A stretch of DNA of 64,000 bases from Octopus vulgaris (taxonomy: Eukaryota). Position 1 is the first letter of the stretch. Each line of letters begins with the position of its first letter. Location of the stretch: contig OX597818.1 in the NCBI GenBank assembly GCA_951406725.2, positions 74,400,001 to 74,464,000 of the forward strand. Direction: 5' to 3'. The notes beneath the pieces are model-generated. The model had not been told where the DNA came from. It saw only the letters and a program-made list of their open reading frames with translations, and ran no database searches. The position numbers and the translations under genes are program-made. This document shows, in pieces, positions 39,831-54,973 of this stretch.

Positions 39831-42465
39831 ACGCATAACCAACTTTTGATTCTTAAACCATTGATTCTTAACCAACTTTTGATTCTTACAATTTGTGAAA
39901 GCATAAACTTTTACATATTTTATTCCGCTATTTTAATTCAGGAATTTATAACTTCGTAGTATAAATGTCATAAATTTACCCTTCAAGAAAGTGTACCCCT
40001 AAAAAAGTGCAATTAAATTCACTGTTTCCAATAATAACAATCACTAATTATCTTCCCTTATATTTATTTATATAATTATTCATTTCCGAAGAAATTCTCA
40101 TGCATCCAGCATGGACTAACAACTTCTTTAGATACTACAAAACTGCAATAATTTCACCAGTTGTCCAGTTATGAATAGCAGAACGTGAGACCAGTAGACT
40201 CTGCCAGTAGTCTACCTTGTTGTGACACACTTCGTTCATGAATGAACATGTGATTGCACAGGTCTGGGCAAGGTTGTTTATGGAAGACCAGCAGTCGGCC
40301 ATGCATACCAGGCTCCCCTCTCCACGTCACCGATGTTGTCCAATGTCGTTCATCTTTGGGTCCCTAGTGAGCAAACGCCGATAGAGCTTGGCTCGAGTGA
40401 CGTCGCAGCTCATTTATTAATGTGCAAGTGGCTAAGTTTCGGGGAGATTCTTGGGGAGATTCAGCGTGACATAGAGTGTGACAAAGCTGGCCCTTTGAAA
40501 TACAGGTGCAAGAGAAACAGGAAGAAAGAGTGACAGAAAGTTGTGGTGAAAGAGTACAGCAGAGTTCACCACTATCCCCTGTTGGAGCCTCATGGAGCTT
40601 TAGGTGTTTTTGCTAAATAAACACTCACAATGCGGTCTGGGAATCGAAACCGCGCTCCTACGCCCGTGAGTCCGCTGTCCCAACCACTGGGCCATTATGC
40701 CTCCACTAATCTACCTTATGATATAAAATAAATTTTGAGAGTTTTCCGTCTTTTGATATATTTTTAGTACAAGATTTCCTTATTTGTATATATAAAAAAA
40801 AAACTCACAAGACATTCAACGCCGGCAATAAAGGATATACTAGAGGACACTTAACCGAATGGTACGGAACCCGAAATATCGTGGTTGTAAAAAAAATTTT
40901 CTTAAGCACGTATTGACGCCTGATTTTGTTTTTCTTTTACCTGTTGAAATTAGAAGAATGGTTTGGACCAATGACATTTGCAGGCCTTCCACAAATATTG
41001 AGTTTTGTGTAGTATTAATATTCTGTATGTTTCACGGCAAAACCTGGAAAGAAATAAAAGCAGAGAGATTTCAAAAAGCATGTATTGTAGAGGGAATGTA
41101 CTAGGGAAATTTGGTTATAGTGGGGCCGACTTCGTCAGCCGTATGAAGAGTGGCGTGATGTGGAAGTGCTGATTTGTGGAGATACGAAACCAGCCTGCTC
41201 CAAGGAAACAGAACCATTATTACTCTTTACGTTCTGAATTCAAATCGGAGGTCAACTTTGCTTTTTATTCTTCCAGAGTAAACAAAATAAAGTAGCAGTT
41301 GAGTATTGGAGATCATGTTTTCATAAATCGTAAATTTGCTAGCATTGTGCTAGTATTTTTAACCATTATTACAACGACAGAAAAAAAAAACATTGAGAGG
41401 ATACAACATGCATAGGTATCAGACACTTGGAACGAGCCCATTAATCATTGAATTCCAGTTATTCGAATGTTATTCTCTAGATGCGCTCCACAATGTATAT
41501 GTGTTTAGCAAGAGTACTGTCCTAAATTTGTGAGGCTTATCTGAAACATTGTAGAGTGTCAGAAAATATAAAGTTTGAAATATTTTCGAACCTGAAAATA
41601 TGGGTTAGGCTTTGGGTTGCAGGCATAGATATGTTACTTATATGCTTTCCAGTTATGTACAGCTCAGTTTCAGCAAAGATGTGCCACTATGTTACTTTCC
41701 AGATTCGTACCGATTGAATTATTTGCTGCAAAAAGAAACAAGATTAACGAAGACGCAATGGAGGACTATCAAAATCTTAGTTTATAGAATCAATACATTT
41801 TCGGATTGAAAAAATTTAGTTAAAAATCGAAGGTCACGGCATCTGCATGAGAGTAGGAGTTGTAGGATATGGTCGCACGTATATATTGTACAGAAGAAAG
41901 TGTGTAGGGTACAGAATGCAAACCTGGAGAAAGTTTAATTAAAACGCAAAGAGCACGGTCAACACTTGCTTCGATCATGCGGTCAGTTAGCAAGCTACTT
42001 AACTTAGGAATTGCACAATTATTAGCATATTTCTATTTCTCTATAAAAACAGTTCAGTTATTGTTCTCGAATGTTCCCTGTTAGGAAAATACAAACGTTT
42101 CCGAATAATTTCGTTTATCTTGATGTCTTCCAAAATGTAATAATAAATAAACCACGCAAATTTGATATTGTTTATACAATAGGAATTGCAACAATGGCAT
42201 TTTCAAGTAGGTTTAAAGAATTTCAAGTCACTTTTCTCATTTATAACTGCATTCGCAGCTGAATACATAGATCTAAATTTATATACATACATAGTCAGTA
42301 GTTTACATTAAATGACATAAAAAATATAACGTATAGTGTAATATATAATGTATTAATAACATGTTATTTTTAAGAATATTGCTTTTTATATTAGATTCAC
42401 GTCTTTGAAAGTTAAGTTTCATAGTTGTCTTTAACCCGAGAATCGCCGAGTATTTCTGCTAATTA

Positions 42466-42513
<48 letters not shown>

Positions 42514-42515
<2 letters not shown>

Positions 42516-42913
42516 AAATATTGAGTTTCTAAATCTCTCGTAGAGAGGTGTACGGTGGTGGAGCGATATAATGGTTGTATACTGTCAATCTAACAAGAAC
42601 GTGACAGTAGGGGGTACACCACAGTTATATAGCCCTAGGAGGCATCGAACGCCTCCTGACAGCTTCGACACATTTTATCCTGTGTCCTTATATACACATA
42701 CGAAGGAGAGACAAACACCCCCAGCCGCCGGAACTGCTGTCCCTAGATGCAGTTCCGGCGGCTGGGGGTGTTTGTCTCCCCTTCGTATGAGTATATAAGG
42801 ACACAGGATAAAATGTGTCGAAGCTGTCAGGAGGCGTTCCATGCCTCCTAGGGCTATATAACGGTGGTGTACCCCCTACTGTCACGTTCTTGTTAGATTG
42901 ACAGTATACAACC

Positions 42914-42918
<5 letters not shown>
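42514..42918. mobile_element. Fold-back copy of the hammerhead family of 54974-55490, inside (TA)n
   Basis: Arms 42567-42737 and 42749-42918, 11-nt spacer tgtccctagat. Shares the terminus agaaatatt...ctaaatctctc with 54975. Confidence 0.88.
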
Positions 42919-42954
<36 letters not shown>

Positions 42955-43396
42955 CACATATAGAATTAAGGATTTAGCAACAAGTTGCTTCAGCACATAC
43001 CGAAAATGTAGAAATAGCAGCCAAAGACAGCTAATCCTTTTCGCCACAGATATGACTCCACAGATAACAATATTTGTAACTCACAAAGGCAAAAAGAAGA
43101 AAATATAACGAAATCAAGCAGTCTTCGATTAATTATGGAGGCGTTTCTGGATTAGAATTATCGAAATTCATTTACGTCATCTGCGTATTATTTCGAGAAT
43201 TATAAATTTGAAAATGCTAGAAAACCTACCTCTTGCATCCCCGACCAAGCGACATCGGGACATATCAACAAGGTAGTCAGCACATCCAAATTTATATAGA
43301 CGAGTGAAATCATATTTTTCCTCCAAGATTACCATGTGCGTCACAAGATAGTACCGCAGAAACAGAACCGCAGTTTATTTATCAGGGAGTGAAAAT

Positions 43397-43532
43397 CATT
43401 ACAGATATAGGGTAAAGAATTATTAATTTAATAATTAACAAATTTTACCAAGTAGTTATTTTTCCATACTGAAACTACTTAGTAAAATTTGTTAATTATT
43501 AAATTAATAATTCTTACCCCATATCTTTAATG
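43397..43532. repeat. Short AT-rich hairpin, arms about 60 bp
   Basis: catta..gatat.ggggtaa.gaattattaatttaataattaacaaattttac mirrored. Confidence 0.85.
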
Positions 43533-43546
43533 TATATATATATATA

Positions 43547-44942
43547 TAAATTAGAGAAAAAACACTATTATGCAATTCAGATAATGATAGACATAAACCA
43601 AATCATAAATAATAAATAAAATATATTTTATAAAACTTATAACTAGTTCACAAAAAGTATAAAAATGAATAATCAATAGTTAAAAATAATGGTTAAAAAA
43701 CTACGTACGTTTCACGGCTATAATATTAAATTTGAATAATAATTGAATTTAAATTTAATCGATTCAATTTAAAATTAGTCACTCTTCAGATTAATAATAA
43801 TAGTTAAATACATAAGCAAATAGAGTTAAACAATATTTATTTTAAAAATGAAATAATGATTTTTGTTTTAGAAGAAACTCCATTAACTAAATTTAAAGCT
43901 TAAAACATTAGGATCACTTGCTTACATTACATTTATTATGTTAAATATTTAAGGTAAAAAATAGAATAAATAGATAGAAAAATGTATTTATCAGTGAAGA
44001 TATAATTTAGCTTAATAAAAAATATTAATAAACTATAGAATATCTTTAATCTAGTTATACTCCAATATTCAATTACCAAGCTATTTTACAAAACAATCAC
44101 TCTTAATATTTTTAGATTTTAGTTCACATATAATAATTATCAAATAATAACTATATAAAAATAAATATCTAAGTTATAATTAACAAAAAGAGTAAATATT
44201 TTCGAAAGATTTCTATAATATTTATGTAAGTAATATCGGACTAATTTATTTATTGTTTATATGTTTATTGATAGAAAAAAGATTTTTAATTACTATATTT
44301 GTTGATTATAATTTAGATACTTATTTTTATATATTTATTTTTTTATAAATATTATATTTGAACTAAAATCTAAAAATACTAAGAGTGAATGTTTTGTAAA
44401 TTAATTTGGTAATTAAATATTAGAGTATAACTAGATTAAAGATATTCTATAGTTTATTAATATTCTTATTAAGCTAAATAATATCTTCACACCAAAATAC
44501 ATTTTTATATCTATTTACACTATTTTTTTACCTTAAATGTTTAACATTATAAATGTAATGTAAGCAAGTGATACTAATGTTTTAAGTTTTAAATTTAGTT
44601 AACGGAGATTCTACTATAAGAAAAATCGTTATTTTATTTTTTTAAATAAATATTGTTTAACTGTATTTGCTTATTTATTTAACTATTATTATTTACCTGA
44701 AGAGTAACGATAATTTTAAATTGAATTGATGTTCGATTAAATTTAAATTTAGTTGTAATTCGAATTTAATTATAGCCATGAAACGTACGTAGTTTTGTAA
44801 TTATTATATATTGATTATTCATTTTTATACTTTTTGTGATTTAGTTGTATGTTTTATAAATATATATTTTATGTTTTATTTATGATTTGGTTTATATCTA
44901 TCATTGTTTGAATTGCATAATAGTGTTTTTTATCTAATTTAT
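43547..44942. repeat. Giant AT-rich inverted repeat, arms about 650 bp, each with a hammerhead motif
   Basis: 43547-44196 versus reverse complement of 44290-44942. HHR at 43699-43792 (-) and 44694-44794 (+): CTGAAGA-gt.ac...tagcc.t-GAAAC-GTAC-GTA. Confidence 0.9.
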
Positions 44943-45018
44943 GTATTATATATTTATATTGTAAAATTTGATTTAATACTAAATTAAATTTTCCCTGTAA
45001 GTTTGGTGTTATACTCCC

Positions 45019-45103
<85 letters not shown>

Positions 45104-48100
45104 AACATATATGTAATACAAAAGTGGTGTATAAATTGGAGAGGATATTGAAAATAGTGGCTAATATTTTGACATGATTTCCAAGTAAAAAATCAGCAAT
45201 GACTTGAATGGATGTAATCGGTTTCTGCAACGACATCCACCAGGCTAAATTTTAAAATAAACGAAAAAGGAAAACAGCTATAAATACTGACCTGGCCTTG
45301 GTAAAACTGCTTGGGATTCTCTGCCTACGCAAATGATTGTTACGTGATTACTTAAAATAGGGCTTAATAACAACTTGGTACTCAAGTCTATTATTTCTGG
45401 ATAGTTGACAATGTGGAGAAGAATGAAGAAATATCGAGTTTAGATGATAGCTACGTGCAGGTTTGCGATCAAAGTGAGAAAATAACCAAAGGAGAAGGGT
45501 TAGAGCTCGCTTCCCAATTCTGATGAATCAGACTTCAAACGATTTTGTATTTAAAGCAGATTTTTAAAATTTGCATTACAGATTTCTGTTCGATATATTC
45601 GTACTGTGGGACCTAAATTTGTTTCAAGCAATTATTCCCGTATTACTTTTCAGACTTCCTGTAAAACACTGCAAAGGTAGAACTAGAATATTATCAAAGC
45701 CTGTTCCAAGTTATTTGCAGAGATTAAATCCAAGCTTCACGAAATACAGCAAAACGTTGCTATTCTAATAAAATCTCGAGTAATTAATTTATCATCAATT
45801 AATCGTTAACGAAGTTTCAGATTAAATATACTACTATATTTTATCTCGTCTCCACAATTAATATATCGGATAATTATTTAAAGCATCAGCTAATTAGTGT
45901 AAGTATTTCTACATATGATAATGAAGAATATTGATCGATTCCGATATCTTGGAAACAGATGCTGATTTTATGGGGAACAATTATGACAACACGACGTAAA
46001 TTATAATAAAATTGAATTCAAGATTAATTTAAAAGATAACACGTAGATAATTCTAAACATTTATGAAAGAAAATAAAAAGAAAAATAAACAACTCTTCAA
46101 TTTGAATCTCAACGAAGGGTGTGTTTTATTCTCAGACATAATGAGCAAGTGAAGAGCTGTAATTATGCTTTTCATCCAATCACTATTTTTTCTTTTTTTG
46201 TTCAGTCTACATAGTAATTAGAAACTCATATTTTCTAAGCAGTTTACACAGAAACCAGCCATTGTTTGTTAAGTGTTATGGACATATTTGTCTACTGCTG
46301 ATTAACAACAAATGGCTTTTCCATTGAATATTTATCCCCGTTATCACATGAATGACCAGACATAATTAGACAAAGGCAATGGCTGTCGATGTTAGAAAAT
46401 AAATTTCTGCTAATGGTATTAATGTTAGAGGAAACGTCATTTGGGAGAGGATGACGAATGTAGTTTGAAAGTCATTGTAACTTATTATATGATATTTAGA
46501 AGTTATGTTAGGAAATAGCTGTAAGCGTTCAATCTAGCTTACTTTTGTATGCAAAATATATCCGTGAGTTTTTAGGAGCATATTAATGTTGTATAGCCTT
46601 GTTTAAACAAAGAAAATGGACAATATTAACGTTCCAACTTCCCACAGGTGCGTTAAGTGCGGAAGGAGTGAGAACGTGACTTAACTGATAATGGAAATGT
46701 AATCTGTCGTTCCGATTTTTAATGAGTTCATTGACGTCCGTTACATTTTATCAACCTCTTTCGATGGCAAAATATAGTCCACCCAAAGCTATGTATCTAT
46801 ACGTTACTGACAAATGTTAAAATAATGTTATTTGAAAGTAAGCTAAGTTGTTGAGATGGCATGATCCTTAAGGCGTCGAGCTTAGTGGTATTTCTTCCGA
46901 CACTGCTTTGTGAATCCAAATTCCACCAGGGTCAGCTTTTCCCTTCATTCCTCAAGCAGCGATACGTTAAGCAGCACAAGTTAATAATTGCTGGTTTCGT
47001 GCCTAAATCAGTAAAAGTCATCTAGAAGCAACTTAAGGCGGTGAGATGTCAGAATTGTTAGCGCTACGCACAAAATGTTGAACGGGATCGCTTCTCTCTC
47101 TTTAAATTCTGGGTTCATATCCTGCTGAGATCATCTTCGCTTTGCATCTTTTCGGAAACAATAAAATATAGTACACTCCATTACTGGAGTTGATCGGATC
47201 GATTAACCCCACAAACGAAACATTTACAAATGTAGTGACTTTATCATGAGTTCATTGCGAAATTTATTGTGAAAACGAAGTTCACTGGAACTCCACAATA
47301 TTTTACTGTTATGTTGGAGGGTGTGTAAAGCAGTGACGGGAGATAAATAAACTTTAAATCTGTCCAAACATGTTTAGAACACATGTGAATTTGTAAAGGC
47401 TTAACAGTTTAGATTCCCGAGGAGAAAAATCTTTCACTTAAAATTAAATGTGCTAAAACATACCGAATTCTTTATTATTTACTGATTTCTGAAGAACGAT
47501 ACAAAGGTTTCGCATTTTCAAAGGTGCCTCTTTTGGTATCAAGTACTGAGGAGAATTAACGCTTTCGAAATGCATCCATCAGTCCATAGAACGCGATTTC
47601 AGTTGACTATGGTTTTTCAACACCATTTTGCTTTAAGCGAGAATTTTTTCTCCACGGTAAAACTTACAAGCTCAGATACGTCTCAAGCACTTTTGAACTG
47701 GCCTTAAGTGAGTTTGCCTTACTAGAAACAATCAGCATATAATATTGACCCTAACAGAATATGAACTCAGAATATTGTTGTCTAAAATATTTTACAATTA
47801 TGAATATGTCGCAATTCTTCGTTTTCCATATCTAATTTTCCGGGTATTTTATTATGCTCGACCTTGATGTCTATACAGAATCTCCAGAGTATAATAAACA
47901 CAAGATATTATGCAGTCATAATAACTAATTTGATTAAGGTTTAGATTCGACAGTTCGTAATGCGTAAATAATATATCATAGTGTCAATTAGTATTCCTGT
48001 AAACTTTACTAAACAAAGGCAATGATAATTATAAATGACAACAATATTATTGTAGGTAATAAATCTCATTCTCTTTTCCATTCTCTCCAAAGCTACCAAG

Positions 48101-48350
48101 TAATGCGGTTATATGTTTTAAAACGATAGATTTAGTATAAAGCCACAAATACATACTTTTATGAGAATTTTCGAAATGTAAATTTGTCTAATAAAGAAAA
48201 ACTCAACACAATTAATTGCTAAGCCAAAGTTAATCAAAGAATATACCTTTCATATCCAAAAATTTAACGTTATGGTTCTCTTGTTTAGTTTTGTTTAATG
48301 AAACCTAAGATACAATGCATTCCACTTTTGATATCCGGGCTGATATAAAT

Positions 48351-48970
48351 TATTGCGTTCGCAACTAAGTTCGCGACGTTTCTTTTTTAATTTTGGAATT
48401 TAATGCGTTTTTAAATTTTGGAATCTATTTTTTTCGAGAATTCTATTTCTGAATAATTTTGGAATATATATATATTTTTCTTCTAGTTAATTTTAGTTGA
48501 AATTTTGTGTATTTTCAGATCATTAAAATGGAATGTCAAGTTAAGAAAAACGAGCATTTTTGACACCACCTTCTTTTTGCTTTTATTCAAGGTTCTAAGG
48601 CCGCAAAGCTGCTCGCGATATTTGTGTTGTGTATGGAGAGGATGCCATAGATGAGAGAACCACTCGTGATTGGTATGCCAAGTTCAAAAATGGAAATGTT
48701 TACCTCAAAGACGCACCTCGTTCTGGCCGTCCAGTTGAATTCGATGAAGAGCGATTAAGCCAACATTTGCACGAAACTCCTCATCAAACGACAAGAGAAC
48801 TGGCTCAGAAAATGGAATGCTCCCACACTGCTGTAGAGAAGCATCTTCACTCGATGGAAAAGGTTCAGAATTATGGAGCATGGATTCCGCATGCTTTAAG
48901 TGACAACAATATCAATGAGTCACAATCTCCGCTGGTTTGTTTGCTCGTCATCGCTCAACATATGGACATC
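48351..48970 (+). mobile_element. Mariner transposon 5' fragment (TIR plus HTH region)
   Basis: Left end tattgcgttcgcaactaagttcg. YGEDAIDERTTRDWYAKFKNGN..LKDAPRSGRP...TTRELA...WIPHAL (WVPHEL motif). Confidence 0.88.
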
Positions 48971-49869
48971 AATATGATGTACAGGCACCTTCAGAAAGAA
49001 ATGACCATTTTCGTTTATTCTACGTTGGTTGTAGGCTCATAAGTCTTTCGAAAAGTCTCTCTTTTATCTTTTTATCTATCTGATTTGCCTAAAGTCATTA
49101 CGTCGGTATTTCGAAGGCTGATGCGCAATTGCTGACAGAGTCGTTCACAGACTTTGCGTGTACGGAAAGGATTTTGAACTTGTTCCAAATAAAACTTCAT
49201 CGTATGATTCCTATTTGTTTTTTGCTGTTAATTGTTTTAATGATCCAAAGTTGAACTAAGGATGTGAGTAGTGAATATAGGATTATATCTATTTCTATTC
49301 CATTCTACGTGCTTTTTGAACAAGTCGATTGCTGTAATTTCTAATAATGAAAGTAATATTACAACTACCGAAACCAATCCGTAGATAAGCCAGTGTTCCC
49401 CATCAATCTTAAGACGATGTGCCTTGCAAAAAAACCACCCCGATAACAATGTGCCATTAATCAAAACTTACGTTGACACAGTCAACAGTTAGAAAAACAA
49501 AAACAAATCGAGAACAGCGATGACGAAAGCAAAATCTAGAAATACATGAGCAACAAAAACAGTCAGACAAAATCTAAAAAAAAACAAGAAAAGCAACACT
49601 AGCGATAACAGCAACAGCAAGATCTCATCTAACACAAAACAGGCATGCACTTTTCAGTGTAATACAGATCATCAACTTGCTTGGTTGTTGACGGCATGAA
49701 GGTGAACCCGGGACAGAATCATCGCAGAACCAGATCTGGTCTAATTATATTTTTGCCAGAAAGAATAAAATAGAACTCCCTAAACTTTAAGATACCAGCC
49801 AAAGTGTTAGTGAAGATTCTGGTTTTCGTCATGGGTGGTTTGTTCCTCGATCAGTAACATTCCTCGATC

Positions 49870-50770
49870 AGTAAAATTTTAAAGATATGCAAGGCAATGA
49901 CAATACTAAAGTTAAATCAGGAGAAATCGATGAGCTTGCAGTTTGGCACCTGGAAACACAAGTGGATAACGTCAAAGAGCGTCCCCATTTACTAGACAGA
50001 CAGACAGACCGGTTAAAATTCTCTGGCCGGGCTTCCAAGTGGAAAAATATTTGAGTTGATGGTTACAAGTAGTGTGACAAACTGCCTCCAGATATGGACT
50101 TAGAAAGCTATCCCTAAAAGACGATCTAAGAAGCATAGCGTTGGTTCCGATTTGACTAAACTGGAGCGTCTGCACTTCTTCATCATGGGAGAGGGAAAGT
50201 TATACTGGCCAGGTGATCTATCTTCTGTCACTAAACACCCACCAACCCACCTCTAGGAAAGTAACTACGAATATGATGGCTGGCATTGTGTACACACACG
50301 CTGAGGCTGGGGTTGCGCTTATTGCAAGATTTCTCAGCGATAAATAGATGTGCTGTCCGTTTCTAAGGCATGTATTTTCAAGCCCCAACCCGGGCCTAGA
50401 AAAGATCATAACTGGGCTCCTGGAATCTGGAATGTCTTCAATCGATCACTGCCTAAAACAGACCTGGTAACGCAGTCGGTATGAGTTCTACATAAGTAAT
50501 ATATAGCGGGCGTTTAAGTTTATATCTCATAGGTAAAATTAGGCGTTGAAGATGGCAAACTGGCTGATCTATTCGGAAGGGCATTTGGACTACTGAGGAT
50601 AACTTCCAGAAATATCAAGTGTTGCACTAGTAACGACGGCAATAAAGGCTTATTTCTATATTCACCGTTAAGCCCTATAGCCAGACGCAATTTCTCCACC
50701 CTCAACCAGGGGATCAATGGGTTAGTGTTCTCCTCTAATCTAATACCAATTATATCTACCACTTATGTAA
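49870..50770 (+). mobile_element. Old 5'-truncated Tx1-family relic
   Basis: aaagttaaatcaggagaaatcgatgagcttgcagtttggcacctgg aligns with about 7785-7830 of the full element. Confidence 0.65.
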
Positions 50771-51499
50771 TATGTAATTGCGGTTCCTGTTTGATTTTGC
50801 TTCGGCAAATTTTTCCTTTCAGACATTGACATACTTCGAACAGAGACAATTCTTCATTATCCCATTTTTTAAGTTAACATGTAGCACCGACTATTTTAAA
50901 GAATGTATCCATATGGTCTAGTAGATAGAGGGAAATGAGGGAGGAATCAAGCTGCAATTGTTGGTGATATTAACCCTCTAATATTTGCTCAATTCATTGC
51001 TTGTTTGTTTTCTATATAACTTGCTGAACTTTATTTAAAATTTGTTTTTCAACGAGATTCGCAAAATAGAGTCGCCCTTAGAATATTTATTGCGTAGTTC
51101 TCATTTGATAGAATAAAAAATAATGAGCATCCAAAAGTCTTAATAAGCACTGTTCACACATCTAATTAAATCTTACATTCAAATTGCTCTTTACAAAAAT
51201 TCTATAACTGCTTTGAATATGTTTTCTTTTTTGCATTATATCAATATTTGAGTTATTTTGTTTATATTTTAATAGTTAGTCGTTTATCAAACAACAACAA
51301 CAACAATAACAACAAAAACAACATCAATACCAATAAAAAACAACAGCACAGCCATAGCCACAACAACAACAATACTAAACATCATTAGTGCAATCGCTAT
51401 AGCTATCACATTACAAAAGTATTAGAAATAATTATAATGCTAATCTGCATATTAATGTTAATAATTTCTTCTCAATAATTATATTAATGTGTACGACGA

Positions 51500-51587
51500 T
51501 AATTATTGATATTATCATCATCATGATAATTATTATCATCATTGTAGCCACCATCGTCTTCATTGTCATCATCATTTTCATCATCTT

Positions 51588-51623
<36 letters not shown>

Positions 51624-52020
51624 GTCGTCGTCGTCATCATCATCATCATCATCGTCATCATTATTGCTGTTATTAAGAAAAATCTACGAATGTGTTGATA
51701 AGAATGATGATGTTAATGATGACGACGACGAAGTTGTTGATGATGATTTTGATGATGATGCTGATGATGATGTTGATGACAACGACGACGACAATGATGA
51801 TAATGACGATGATGATCATCATCATAATCATCATCGTCATCATAATGATGATCCTGATAATGACCATGATGACTGGGATCATGTTGAACATGATAATTTA
51901 GCATGCATTTCTCAACAATAGAGAGAGGAACGTTAATGATGTGTGCCCCGATGACAAAGATAGTGATGATGATGTTGATGATACTGATAATAAGGAAGTT
52001 GATGATGTGGAAGAGGAGGA
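51500..52020. repeat. Degenerate (ATC)/(GAT) trinucleotide array with polarity switches
   Basis: Direct inspection. Confidence 0.9.
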
Positions 52021-52556
52021 GTAAAACACCGATAAACAGAATTACATTAGCGATTTCGGTGATGTTGCATTAGTTTAATTAGTTTTATGCTTCGTTTTAA
52101 TTCTGGCAATTAATAGCCAGGATTATATTCGGAGAGAGCTGCTAAACTAACCCAAGAAATAACATTTATAAAATGGAAACAAGCAAACGATTTTGTTCTA
52201 TTTAATTTAAATTATGTATCACAACAAATGGATTGACTGATGTCACTTGGGTTATCTCCACCTGTCGCATTATTACAAATTCAATAGCCACTTCCGTATT
52301 TTAGCAGATAGCAAAACTCTCCACTTCCGCGTTAAAAGCTGTCATTATCACTTTCCTTTGCATATTATGCAAGGAAATGAGTTGGAAAAAATGTTATTTT
52401 TATATGTTTTAATATTCATTCTTAAATGTGTTATCGAATTTTCAAATCTCGACACATAAAACGCGTTTTCTAAATTATTTACATATCCGTTTACAAAATA
52501 AATGCATTAAATTTGTTGAGGTTCCAAATCAAAGGAAAAAATTGTTCAAAAACAAC

Positions 52557-52623
<67 letters not shown>

Positions 52624-52715
52624 CATTTCCATATCGAGTTTAATGTATAAACATCCCAAAAACCAATCCACCAACACGCACTTAAAGACATGAAGTATGT
52701 GAAATTTAAGCTATT

Positions 52716-52768
<53 letters not shown>

Positions 52769-52923
52769 ACCACATACTCTCTTTCTAAATGTGTAATTAA
52801 TATTGGGAATATCAGCCGTTTGTGCATGGAAGAGAGAGAGGGCAAGAGAGAAGGACTGTGTATATACATGACTGAGGAGTGCATCTCACTCCACCTCTGT
52901 TTCTCTCTTTATATATATCTATC

Positions 52924-52954
<31 letters not shown>

Positions 52955-54648
52955 CTTTGACAACATCATATTGATCCTTCAATTGAAGTTAAAATATTGC
53001 AAGTATTCAATTAGTTAAACCATTGATGCTCTTAATGTAATGATATGCAGTACTTTGTGTCTGTCGTCCAAACGTTTTGAGTTCAATAGAAAGAGTCAAC
53101 CCAATGATACTAAAAGCTTAAATACTAATAGTATACAGTTAGTATGTATACTATGATTCTTACACACTATGTAAGATTCTCATAATCCTCTTTGTATTTT
53201 TGGTGTTCATAAAAAAAGATATACCCTAATTGATTCTCATACTTTTGTATATATATATATTTATTTTGATATAATGAACATAGTGCTGCATGTTATTGTG
53301 GCATATATTCGAATCCTTTCCATGCTCACGGTAATACTACTGAAGCCAAGCTCCACTCTGATGCCATGGAAAGAGGATATCTGCATTCATGTTCAACTAT
53401 GGGCAACCAACTGACAGACATTCACAGAATAATATTTTGCCCCGATTGCACATTGGAATGGAAATTTACAGACATATATTGTCGGACCACTAATTAGATA
53501 CCGCCACATGAAACATTGTGGCGTATATCAGATTTTAAATATTAACCTGTTGCAGCAGTCGGGTCACTATTCGAATCGTTCGGACGAAACGTTGATTTGA
53601 TATTGCTTCCAAAATTTGCCACAAGGCCACCATTATCGGTGGAGGGATGAGTCGATTACATCGATCCAAGTGTTCAACTGTTACGTCTGCCACGCTTAAC
53701 GATTTTGTTAGCTCGCCTTTCTTGACTTTGCTTTAATAATAACACCTAATAGACGGAAACCTACGTGTACACCCATGAGTTTATCTCTCCTCTGCTGTTG
53801 AAAATTGAGTTTATCGTCCTAAATAGGTATCTGTTATCAGAAGACACCATAGTTAGTGTATTGCCAAAGTCTCTCACCGTAGATACTGCCAACACATTTT
53901 ATATCAGAATATTGCGACTGGTACGGTTAGAGTATCCTAATGCTCTATTATATATTAACTGATGAATTAATTCTACAGAGTCAACCGCTGGTATTCTGTT
54001 GTGCACGTGCAAGTCGTAATTATTTCTCGTTAGGATAATTTTAGCGGTCTCCAAGGAAAGCAGTTTAAGTATCCCCAAAACCATTTACTCAATGCTCTAC
54101 GGTGGAAATTTAGTGCTTGCGAAGCTCATACAGTATTGTAGACGCCCTAATAATAGATATCTTTTGAAATCTTGGCGAGACTCTAAAATTAATGATGTAG
54201 ACGTAACAATGGCAGGAAGTGATTTTATCTGGGAATATGGAGGTGCAGGCTTCAGGAAGTCATATTCAGGTGTTGCACTGGTTATGAAGTCTTTGTCGTT
54301 AAACCACACCATTGGCTGCAGGTGAGTTGCTGGGATGTGTATAGAAGGGTTTCATATTCACATATATAGAAGGTGATTCTACACTCATATATACTGTCAT
54401 TACCTACGCATTGTTCTGTTTCAGTCTGATGATAGAGAAATATTTCTCAAAATTGTCCTGGTTTTCGTGAAATAAGTCGCAATTTCATCTAAAACTCAGT
54501 TTGTTGCGTATGCGTTACGTTGGGACACACGAAATGCTAGCAGCTCTTTGTCTTTTTGGCGTTTATTTTACGTTCTTCTATGTTCTTCTTTTTCCAGAAT
54601 ATATATCTTTACCTATCTCATTCTCTCTATTCCACCTCTCTCTCCCTA

Positions 54649-54701
<53 letters not shown>

Positions 54702-54973
54702 CTATCTCCTACCTCATGTCTCTTTATCCACAATATATGTATTTATGAAAACATTAGGAGTTGTATCGATAGGCACAACATTGCAATTATAATAATGGCT
54801 AATTGCAGTAGTTCTTTTTTATTGTAATGTACTCTTGCTTAAAACAACAATACTTTACAATTAGTGATCAACATATGGTTATAATTATCACGAACGTTAT
54901 TTCTTGAGAATGAAAACAAACTTTTTTTACCAAAAAGACAGATTATTTACTATAATGAAACAGAATAAGATAT

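Noticed and set aside
43547-44942. Possible mitochondrial insertion (very AT-rich)
   Set aside because: No mitochondrial gene or tRNA recognised; explained by an inverted repeat with a relative at 60.7 kb.
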